A DNA stretch of 64,000 bases from Antedon mediterranea (lineage: Eukaryota; Animalia; Echinodermata), in NCBI RefSeq assembly GCF_964355755.1, contig NC_092673.1, positions 14,356,948-14,420,947 of the forward strand, written 5' to 3'. The notes beneath the pieces are model-generated. The model was not told the DNA's origin and did not search any database. It worked only from the letters and a program-made list of their open reading frames with translations. Every line of letters begins with the position of its first letter. Position 1 is the first letter of the stretch. Shown here piece by piece: positions 39,901 to 51,122 of this stretch. Position numbers and translations under genes: made by a program.

Positions 39901-42245
39901 TCGATCGAGGCTGATTAACATCTTTATTGATTGGGCCATTTATTGCCCAGCCCAGAGCTGTCCATACGGTTCGCCGCCCGGCTTGCCTTTACGCACTTCT
40001 TGTGGACACAATAGGTCTGGCATATCTTGGCCAATGAGAAGCTAAACTTCTGCTACGTCCAGCATTGGTGGTAACTGTATATCGGCAAGATGAGGCCACC
40101 TTAGCAAGTCTTCATGGCATGCTATATTATCTAAGCCTAGGTTGAGAGAAGGTCTCACTATTATTTGTGGCATACGTGCAGTGTATGTGTTTTCTAAATT
40201 AGATAGGTTAAGGCTTATCAGCTCCGTATTTATCAAAACATTTTTCTGTTCAATTTTAGTAAGCTCCGCCGTACACTTCTGCCTTACCACTTGTAGTGTG
40301 TCAGCTAATTCCTCAGTACAGTAACTAGATGTTCAAGCAAAAGTCAACAAATGAATTCGGATCTTTGCCACGTACACGGACAGCAACAATCGGCAACGCC
40401 ACCCTTTAACGATTTGCTTGAATAAACTTGCTGTTTCCTTGAACTAATGCCGCTTGCATCAGAGGAGTGGCGATGGTGGTTGGTGCTGTAGTCACTGTAG
40501 GGTTAGGTGGATTAGGTAAAGAGTTAGGTGGATTAGGTGGAGAATTGGTTACGTAACGTGGAATATGCAAATATTTGCTGTGTTTCTTACCACAGTCATC
40601 TATGTCGCAAGTAATTTGACGCAAGCACTTCTTTCCTAAATTCCTATGTGGCCAGATTTGAAACAATTAACACATAACCGCTTCGACTGAACAAATGCTA
40701 GTCTGTCTTTAACCCGCAGAGCTTTGAATGATTTGCAGAACGTAACATAGTGATTATGTCCACAGTATATACAGTGTTCATCTTCTTTAGGTGGGTTTAC
40801 AGGTGATACTTCAGGCTTTTTTGATGAAGGAATATGTATGGACTGTGCACTGTAGCTTGTATTCTGCTTCTGTTTATCACGTTGATCCTTGCGAACAAAC
40901 TTGCAAAAGATCGAATCATTTGCTTCCTCAGCAGAAACAGTGATACATTTGACCATGTCATTTAAATTTGGAGCTTGTTTCGTCTTAGTTTTACTTTAAT
41001 ATCATGATTTTTCTTTAGCCAACGTGTTTTTAAATAATTTGGTAACTTCTCAGCTATCGTACAAAGACTTCTACGGTTTTCAAGCTCACTTAAATATCCC
41101 ATTGATTCTAACGTTTCCGGACAACATTTTATGTCATCCGCAAAATCTTGTAGGTCAAGTTCGTCTCTAACGTTTTGTCTTTTTGTTATTTTGTCGATCT
41201 AGGCTTGTGCTATGTTATGTCATTACTGCCAAATCTTTCCTTTAACAATTTTTTTGCCAGACGATAACCTTCAGCTGGTTTCTTAATAAGACAGCACTGT
41301 AGTAAAGTTTTTGCCCTTTTCGGTACAAAACTGCAACAGGGATATAAGCTTTGCTCCATCGTCCGTTGACTTTCTGTCTATAGCATTGTCAAATGCTCGA
41401 ATGAAGGACCAGTAATGCAGCGGGTCACCATCAAACATCGGTAGCTCATTTTTCAGTAGATGTAAAGTCTTCACAAGAGATTGCTGGTGTATATCGAGAA
41501 TCGGCTAACATCTGGCATAATGGTATTCGACAATAATTCTTCCGGTTGGTGCAATGTATTTAGTGCTGGTGAATCAGAAGGATCATCTGCTTTAGGTGTT
41601 CAAACCTTGACGCATCAAGATGTCGGCCATCAAAAGAAGGTAGGTGTATAGTTGGTAGGACTAAATCCTCCGGTGTAGAATGATAACGTGGTAGAGTTTC
41701 AGTCTCAATAACTTCGGTGTAGGCCTTCTGGACTGCATCAGCTTTCGCCATTTTAGCACTTAATTCCATCTCTCGACGGCGATGATCGAGCTCCAACGTC
41801 TTTCCATCCCAATCATTGCGTGATGATCTTCTAGCGCCAAATTCATCTCGGCCTGAAAACGCTGGGTTTCAAGTTCCATCTGGCGCGCCTGTTTTATTCG
41901 TCTCAATTCGAATTGCTCTTGTTCTAAAGATTTTTGATCCACCAAGCCTTGTATTTCAGCTTCAAGTGCAGCTTTCTCCGCTTTAGCTCTCGCTTCATCC
42001 AAGTCACTTAATGTGGTTGAAATTAGTGAAAAGCAGCTGCCAACTTCCGAAACAGACTTATGTTGCTCAGAGTGCTCAACACTGGCGATCCATGTGCAGA
42101 TATCATCACAGAAGTCGTTTATTCTCGTGACAAATTCTCTCCGATAAACCTACGCTTCCTGCTTGGCCTCCTCATCCTTTAACAACATTACATAGTCTGC
42201 ATGTGCAGCTGCAAACGCTTCGTTCAAAGTTACAGCACTGGCCTG
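36960..42245 (-). mobile_element. BEL/Pao LTR retrotransposon internal region, pseudogenised
   Basis: Coiled-coil Gag, LPMFDGDPLHYWSFIRAF, three Cys/His knuckles (CIYCGHNH, CVNCFKSGH, CDIDDCGKKH), RT motifs (WYLPHHPV, ADIKGMFHQV, HLFGG, NFYVND) and an RNase H/A17 remnant near 37100. No LTR pair or integrase seen. Confidence 0.88.
38441..39862 (-). mobile_element. 5'-truncated Rex1/Babar-type LINE nested in the BEL/Pao element
   Basis: Uninterrupted RT ORF (NDLRPVALTS, DPLQFAY, DFSSVFNTIQP, GAPQGTVLAPFLF, KFADD), aataaa plus (TCTGTA)n tail, and AGAC duplicated at 38437-38440 and 39863-39866. Confidence 0.88.
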
Positions 42246-42860
42246 TCTGGTGTATTACAAAGGTGTGCATAGGATTACCGCTCACGAATAAAAAGAACGA
42301 CAATGACAAGCGCACCACAATAAAAGGGAATAATAGAAACAAAAGAACGGGACATTTACATATTATGTAAGTTTAACATTGGAGAAATAAATCGTTGCGT
42401 TACTAACATTAATAATGATACACTACTGTGAATCTCATTATTCTTTGATTGTTTTTTAGGGCGGGTTACTATTAGAATTGGGGTTACTATTAGTGTAGTG
42501 GGTTACTATTACTAATCTTAAATTAGGCACCTGGAAATAGTAACCCACACCCAACTTTTAAAAAAAATCGCTGCTTTGCGTTCGGGGCGCACCGGCCTTT
42601 ACCAAAGATGTATAAGTCTCTAGTAGTTGTTACGACAACTTGTCGCGTAAACAACGAACGACTGATGATGTACGTGTGGTGGTGTGGTGAGAGGTGCTTG
42701 ATCGCGATGCTCTTTGCGCAGGAGGTAGGGCGCAGTGTCGTCGTGAAGCTTCCCCGCGCGCGCCGCACGGTACCAATATAAATCATATAATCTGAGCGAC
42801 AGAGAGAGTAAAAATAGTGATTCAATTTATTCATGTTTCAAAGAGTCGGTCTGTTTATTT

Positions 42861-43665
42861 AACAAGGCCAACAGCCATTAAGTCGCGTGCTACAATGCAT
42901 AGTGATACCGGACGGACAGACAGACCGACAGACCAACAGACCGACAGACAGACAGACCGACCGACCGACATAGTGAACTATACTGACCGAAATTACTGAA
43001 CATGTTTAAAAATGTTGAAATGTTTTAAAACATTTATATTTTTTTTATTTACACGTGCGTAGCCTGTCACTTTTGACGTGCTCGTATAACGTAATTTCGA
43101 GTTGAAAAGTAAGTCAAGAAAACAGAAATCGGGTAAAAAGAGTGCGCAATAACATTTAACGCGCAGTGCGCGCGCAAAAATATGCGCACTCATGGCAATT
43201 TTGTAAACGCTTAAAATTGCCTGAAACGTACTCTTATTTCATCGAAAATAAATTTAGAAAATTTTAAGCGCGCGTACGCATGCGTTACATGCGCTACGCA
43301 CGTAATTCTATTGCCATATGATGATTTATGCCCTGAAATTTATGAGTACCAAATTTTATTTAATTGTGATTCATGGTTGTGAAGATATGATTACAAACGT
43401 GATTTCGTTAAATCGTGCGTATACCGCGTAATTTTTTATTGCGCACCGTGAAAACATAACCACATTGATTCCTGGCCATAAGGAATATACTGTGAAAAAT
43501 TTACCTAGCTAGATTAAACTTATATCAAGATAAGGTCAGAAAGCGATAAAACGCATAGTGATACCGGACCGACAGACCGACAGACAGACAGACCGACAGA
43601 CAGACAGACAGACCGACCAACCGACCGACATAGTGAACTATAGAGTCGCTTCCACGCGACTAAAA
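42861..43665 (-). mobile_element. Helentron-associated / DINE-1-like non-autonomous element
   Basis: Minus strand starts TTTTT-agtcgcgtggaagcgactc (short inverted repeat), followed by (GTCY/GTCG)n microsatellites at 43565-43630 and 42910-42970. A matching sub-TIR cacgcgact lies near the other end. Confidence 0.65.
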
Positions 43666-44013
43666 ATGGTAGCATAAAATAATCTTATAACAATTTTTAT
43701 TTTGCTTAATAACCGTTTTTCCTACTTACAAACTTTTAAATGAATTTAAGAAATTAAATATAAATATAAATATAAATATAGTGTAAAATACGATATAATT
43801 TACAGACACATAGGCTAACTACAGCAGCAGTTTTTTGTTTGTTTTTATCAAACACAGTGAAATACAAAACAATTGGCACAATGACACGAACAATAGAAGC
43901 CTCAACAAGCCTGGCACACCCAACCCAACATATTGACTAACACCCCTATAAATAATAATGGAATAGTCCTATATTCAATACATGCCGAAAACTCAGGTTG
44001 ATCCATATTATCT

Positions 44014-47000
44014 TGTTCAGTATTCAGTATTTATTGGTACTCACTTTCGAATCAGTGGCACACACCTTTCGGTGGTGCGTCCATACAAATATAAACAACA
44101 ACATATAAAAGGAAAATGATGATAAAACTTACATAATTAACTTACAAAAAAAAAAAAAAAAAAAAAAACAGAATAAAGGTACAATAGGTGAACAGTATAA
44201 ATAATACATAATCATGATAAAATTACTACATAAATCGAAATAAGCACAAATATATGTTTATAATATGTACTTGAAATTATAGATATAGCAAACAGCAAGT
44301 ACAAGATTTTATTTGTTTAATGATTAGTTATTGGTATATCTAACTGGTCTATCAATGTATAAACTAAATAAGCTAAAATGTCAGACTGAGAAAAAAAAAA
44401 AAAAAAACAAAACAAAAAAAAAAACTTATACATAGAAAATAAAACTAAAAAACAATTGGATAACAGTATAACGATACAATAGGTCAAAAGTATAAATAAT
44501 ACATAATCATGATTATTTTTACAAAAATCGAGATAAACACAAATATATATGTTTATATGTATTTGAAGTTAGATAAGCAAATAAACTAGTTTATCAATGT
44601 AAAAGCCAAATAGGCTAATTATTGGGGTAATGTTGGTAATTTCTTATATATATCTAACCTGGTATCCCAGGCACTTTGTAGGTATTTTTTACAAGCCAAG
44701 TCAAAAATTTCCCCAAGAACAACGTTTTCATTATATAAATTGTCTAATAACAAATGTAATTTCATTTCAGAGGTTCCTTCGTAGAAAGATTTCCAATAAT
44801 TTTCAAACCCGTTATTCATTAATTGTAATTTCATTGGGTAGAAGATTTCTTCTCTTAATTTACTAAATGTATTACATTCTAACATAAAGTGTGCGATAGT
44901 TTCAGTGTCATTATTGCAGAGTGCACACATACCCGTACTCGTGGGTGACCATGACTGTTTCCTACCTTCAAGGTTTAGAGAGTTCGATCTCGCCTTAAAT
45001 TTCAAACAACTTCTTTTAAAGTCATTTTTGTAAAGAAGGTATGGTTCTAGTATCGGTTTATTCTTGTACAATATATATTGTGTCAGAGAAGATTTTGATT
45101 GTGCTCTCTTCTGCCATTCGTTATTATCGATATCTTTGTTCTTGCATTTAAATTGAGTTAACCACTTACCAGGTGATTCGTTGGTGAACATATCACCCAT
45201 GTTACATTTATGTAAGGCTTCTTTAACCTGATTTAACCATCCCCATTTTAATTTATCTTCAAGAATGTTTATGGCGTTAAAAATCACATTGGACCATCTG
45301 TCCTTCTCCATGTTTTTTAGGCGGTTAAAATATTTAATCCGAGAGTAGTTTTGAAGCGATTCTAGTGATTGCCAGCCCAAGTCACCATATAGAGCCTCTT
45401 TTGCAACGTTACGCGGAGCCTTAAGAATGGTTCTCGCCATTAAAAACTGCAGGTTTTCAACTTTTGCCATTGTTGTTTTTCCGTTACAGTACCAAACTGA
45501 GCATGCGTAATTAATGGTAGGGATTCCGATAGATTTCCATAATAGGTCCCCGTAATAAATTCTGTTAAAATCATCTTGTTCATTTATAATGGATTTAATA
45601 TATGCAATGATGCGATTACCCTTCTTGATAACTTCGTCTATGTGAAGATTGTCCGACAACGTACGAGAAATATATACTCCCAAGTATTTGTATTTATCAG
45701 TTTCTGTTATAGAATTGTTTCCTAACCTCCATTTTCTATATAAGTTGGTCCTTTGTCCTGTGATAAGGACATTTGATTTATCATAATTAAATGACATTTT
45801 CCATTCTTTAGCAAATTCTGTAGTAGTTTGTAGGAGCATTTTAAGTTCCTTCTCGTTTTCTCCTATTAGCACGACGTCGTCGGCCCATAATAAACAATTA
45901 ATTTTAGTGTTAAAGATGTTAACACCTAGATCTGAGTTGTTAAGCATTATACGTAATTCATTGATGTATATTGAGAAGAGTGTTGGCGATAACGAGCATC
46001 CCTGTTTAACACCTTCATCGATATCAAATAACTCCGTCTCTAAATTAGCAAATTGGACCTTACATTTAACATTCTCATATAAATTTTGTACGATATTAAT
46101 TAGGTTACCTTTTATACCGATTCGGCGTAATGCTTTTATTAGTCCTTCTCTCCAGACTGTATCGAATGCTTTTCGGAAATCAAGAAAAGCCAAAAATGAC
46201 TTTTTACCCTCGGCTTGTCGAGTAGCTATCAAGCTTTTAAGGGTGAAGATATGGTCTTCACATTGTCTATCTTTACGGAAGCCCCCTTGTGCTTCGGTTA
46301 ATAAATCATACTCTTCAAGAAATTCTGATATTCTTCGAGAAATTATTCGGCTATAGATCTTAGCAATGCATGAGTTTAAGGTAATTCCTCTATAGTTATC
46401 TAAATTTCGCCGGTCGCCTTTTTTAAATATAGGAACTATTGTGCCGTTGTTCCATTCATCTGGTATACATTCGAGATGGGAGAGCCTTTTAAACAGTTTA
46501 TACAGTGTTGCAACAATTGTGTTACCGCCGTTTTTTATCAATTCGTTAGAAATATTATCATTGCCCGGGCTTTTGTTGTTTTTACATAGGGAGACTGCGT
46601 ATTTTACATCTTCACATGAGAATTCGAGTTTATCCAGAGTAGCGGTTTGAAAATTCATGTTGTAGCTGTCAGCTAAATTGTCATTAAATAGATCATTCTC
46701 TACATCTAAGTTTTTCTTACCTAAGGTATTAAAGTAATTGGTTAACGAGGACTTAATTATGGGTGCGTCTGATGTTACATTGTCCGTTCCCGGAATTATT
46801 ATAGATGTAACATTGTTTGTTCGTTTATTTCCTTTTAAAACTGACCAGAAGTCTCTAGACTGAGGTCCGCCTTTTTCCATTATTTTTGAACATCTATCCA
46901 TCCGGATTTGTATCATTTTTTGTCTAATTAATGTTTTACATTCGTTTCGTTTAGTTTGATAATCTTTCCAGAGATTATCTCTTATAGTTTTATTAAAGTC

Positions 47001-47418
47001 AGAATTAGTTTTGTTCTTACAATATAGTCGGTGTGCTCGACACGCTTTTTTTCGTTTTTCCATTGACTGTTCAATATCACAATCAAACCATTGTTTACTT
47101 TTTCTGGACTGTTTTTTATAGCCTATTGTCTCTTCGGCAGCAGACACTACAAGGCGTTTCCACGATTCCCAAGCTTCGTTAGCATTTAAATGGGCTGGGT
47201 CCCAGTTAGTGAATTTAGATTCAAGGTCCTCTTGGAACGTTGTCCAATCGTGGTTATACTTTATATCCCATCGTTGTTTAAATGTTTCAGGGATTGTGTT
47301 ATTATTATTAAATGATTCCACATTCATATCAATTATAATCATGTTATGATCGCTACCTATGTGAAAGTTACATTGGTCATCTATCATGAGTTCATTTATA
47401 TCTTTTGTTATTGAATGT
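44014..47418 (-). mobile_element. 5'-truncated RTE-X-like LINE with open 922-aa ORF
   Basis: ORF 44619-47387: APE end GSDHN, KSPGND, NYRGITL, QGGFRKDR, LDFRKAFDTV, GVKQGCSLSP, LWADD, C-terminal CxxC..ETIAHFMLEC. T-rich 3' UTR and aataaa(tactgaa)n tail. Confidence 0.9.
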
Positions 47419-47500
47419 TAATGTTATTAGTTGAATTTTGTAAGCCTAGCTAATAGCCCTAAATTACAGCCTATATATGACGGCGTGTTAATTCGTACTA

Positions 47501-48890
47501 CGAAAGCCCATTAATGCCATTTTAAGTATATGTTTTTCGAACGTAATCCGTTCTAACGAATTAGTAATTCGTTTGAACGGATTAATAATCTGTTCAAACG
47601 AATTAGTAATCCATTCAAACGAATTGCAACATATACAACAAGTGCCATTTAAAGTATATGTTGTAATTCGTTTGAACGGATTACTAATCCGTTCAAACAA
47701 ATTACTAATTTGTTTAAACGGATTACTAATTCGTTCAAACGAATTACTAATTTGTTTAAACGGATTAGTAATCCGTTCAAACGAATTACTAATTCGTTCA
47801 AACGAATTAGTAATCCGTTTAAACGAATTAATAATTTGTTTAAACAAATTAATAATTTGTTTAAACGGATTACTAATCTGTTTGAACAAATTAGTAATTC
47901 GTTTGAACGAATTAGTAATCCGTTTAAACAAATTATTAATTTGTTTAAACAAATTAATAATTTGTTCAAACGGATTACTAATTCGTTAGAACGAATTAGT
48001 AATTCGTTTGAACAAATTAGTAATCCGTTTAAACAAATTACTAATCCGTTTGAACGGATTCCTAATTCGTTTTAACAGATTATTAATCTGTTTAAACAAA
48101 TTAGTAATTCGTTTGAACGGATTAGTAATCCGTTCAAACGAATTACAACATATTCTTTAAATGGCACTTGTTGTATATGTTGCAATTGGTTTGAACAGAT
48201 TACTAATTCGTTTGAACAGATTACTAATCCGTTCAAACGAATTACTAATTTGTTTAAACAGATTAATAATCTGTTCAAACGAATTAGGAATCCGTCCAAA
48301 CGGATTACTAATTTGTTTAAACGGATTACTAATCTGTTTAAACGAATTACTAATTCGTTTAAACGAATTAGTAATCCGTTTAAACAAATTATTAATTTGT
48401 TTAAACAAATTACTAATTTGTTTAAACAGATTACTAATTCGTTCAAACGAATTACTAATTCGTTCAAACAGATTAGTAATCCGTTTAAACAAATTATTAA
48501 TTTGTTTAAACAAATTATTAATTTGTTTAAACGGATTACTAATTCGTTTGAACGAATTAGTAATCCGTTTAAACAAATTATTAATTCGTTTAAACAAATT
48601 AGTAATCCGTTTAAACAAATTAGTAATTCGTTTGAACGAATTAGTAATTCGTTTGAACAAATTAGTAATCCGTTTAAACAAATTAGTAATTCGTTTGAAC
48701 GGATTAGTAATCCGTTTAAACGAATTACAACATATACTTTAAATGGCACTTGTTGTATATGTTGCAATTCGTTTGAACGGATTACTAATTCGTTTGAACA
48801 GATTATTAATCCGTTCAAACGAATTACTAATTCGTTAGAACGGATTACGTTCGAAAAACATATACTTAAAATGGCATTAATGGGCTTTCG
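47501..48890. mobile_element. Foldback/MITE-like element with long TIRs filled with 21-bp palindromic tandem repeats
   Basis: Ends cgaaagcccattaatgccattttaagtatatgtttttcgaacgtaatccg and its exact reverse complement, with TA on both sides. Interior units resemble aattcgtttaaacgaatt plus 3 nt. Confidence 0.88.
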
Positions 48891-49599
48891 TATGTTACTG
48901 TTGTTTACAGTACTGTGTTTTGCTAGTGCAGAGATTAGGGCCTAGTTGTGACGGGTCCATTTGATTATTGTATGTTGTTTGAATAATAATACTGTATAAG
49001 GAAATTGCTATACTTAGTGTATATTGTATTGATAAAGGACTTAGAATTATTAATTTGTCGATGTTGCTAAAGCACGGGTGCTGCCCAAATTTTCATTGAT
49101 TGATGTTTAATTATTGTTTTCTCATATTTAGTGAATCCTACCTACCTACTGTACCTCCCTCTTGATACGAAGTGACAGCGATATTGTATGCATTTTAAGA
49201 GCAAGATAATCAGGATTAAAGTTATATTTTGTTTCTCTCAACCAAGTTTGTCCTGTTTGTTTGTATCATACTTGCGATTGATTCCGTTGGTGGCGCTCTA
49301 TAGTTTTAAGAAATTACGAACTCTACACCATGCTTTATCGGAATAAAATTTGTTATAAGATTATTAGAAATTAATATGAATAAAACTTGCGGTGAATGCC
49401 ACAAAAGATAGAAAAAAATAATTTAGTTCCATGCCTAAATTACTTGTTGATAAAATAAACACATTTTCACCTGGTACTAAGGAATCGTGTTTTTATGCGA
49501 GTTTATGCGATTTATACTAAAAATAAGATTGCTTGGTCCAAAGGCATTCAAATATTAATTTTCAAAATGCGACATGAAACTGAAACAAACGGCCACTTT

Positions 49600-50919
49600 C
49601 ATTCATTCATTCAGGCTTATCGCCTGACTTTATTTACTTTAGGCCTCTGGCCCCTAGTAATTAACAAAATAATAATTACATTGAAAAATAAAGCAATTTA
49701 TGGTCACAAGATAAATGAATTAATTAATTTCGTTCTCTAAGCAAAACATATCTTAACTTATAAGCATGATAAATATATTTAGATAGATTATCAATAATTA
49801 TTGGATCCTGTGATGACATTAAACGGCAGAATTTAAAAGTATTTGGATTTTCAAAAAATAAAGAAGGTATAAATTTGTTTCTGATTTCCTTGTAACGAGA
49901 GCAAACTGTAACAAAATGATATTCATCTTCAACTTCATTTATATTACATATTTTACATAACCTATTGCTGCGCTCTATTCTTTTCCATCTTCCCCTTTCT
50001 ACCTCTAGTTGAAGTGTGCCCAGTCTTAGTTGACTTAAAGCTCGCTTATATCTAGTATCAAGGGTCTGTAGTAAGTATCCATCTACTCCGAAATTGTTTT
50101 TGAACATTTTATAGTATCTTAATTTTGAAGAAATATTTATGCTTTCAAGAAAGGATTGGCGTTCCATATCGGTTAGCCTTTCTTTTATTTTATTAACTAT
50201 ATAAAATTTATCAAGGACATTATTTTGTGAAAACCATATGTTTCCATGACCAATAGAGCATAACATATGTTTTATATCGCTTACCCAACAATTACTATTA
50301 TTTTGCGCTTTATGAAGTTGAGATTTATAACATTTCTTTGCATATTTGTCCTCGTTCATATTTACTAGTCTTACCCAATAACGGATAACATTGAGTACAC
50401 TTTCGATTGACAATGAGAATCGTCCACATTCTCTTCTAATTGAAACATTTGTGGCTGATTTCCCGACCCCTAAAACATATCTACAGAAATTATTTTGAAT
50501 ATCATCAATTTTGTTGTTGTTTGGTTTTCCCCATATTTCACTACCATACAGTATAATTGGGTTTATTTTAACATCAAATGGTAGTTCCAAATATTCACTG
50601 GTAGATGTCCATATTTCTGATATAGGCCTATTATATTTTTGAGTGAGAAAAGTGCTTTATTAGCCTGTGTATTATTTTGTTCTCTGGCCTTTTCCCAATT
50701 TCCTGAACAATCGAAAGTGACTCCAAGATATTTAAGAGATTTTACAATTTCAATTTCTTTACCAAGATAATTCCACTTTTCGTAGTTCTTAAGTTTTCCA
50801 TTTTTTTAAAATACTATTATTTTACTTTTGTCAATGTTAACTACCAATCCCCACCTATTACAATAATATGCTAGTTTATTTAAAAGATCTTGTAATGAGT
50901 ACACTGTATCACTGATTAG
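49600..50919 (-). mobile_element. 5'-truncated RTE-X-like LINE, specific to copy 2
   Basis: YGSEIWG, RYWVRL, LEVERGRW, RLCKIC..VEDEYHFVTVC, with a (TGAA)n tail. The empty site 'ggccactttagtag' is in copy 1 at about 12715-12728. Confidence 0.9.
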
Positions 50920-51122
50920 TTTAGTAGACCTGATAATAACATAATTAGTGATTGATTGATAGATATTGAGTATAGTATACAGTACAATATAAACATTATG
51001 TAAAATATATAGTTAAATAATTAATATTTCTGAATATAAGATAGTAATTGTGAAACCTTCTTAAACTTGTCTTGTCAAACTTGTCATGAAAATCATTTGG
51101 TTCCACAAGGCATATAATACGT

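Noticed and set aside
47501-48890. CRISPR-like appearance of regularly spaced palindromes
   Set aside because: There are no unique spacers and no cas genes, and the context is eukaryotic.
47488-48945. Many overlapping heptad-like ORFs (FKRITNS / LLIRLNE) on both strands
   Set aside because: They are translation artefacts of a 21-bp palindromic tandem repeat inside a TIR element.
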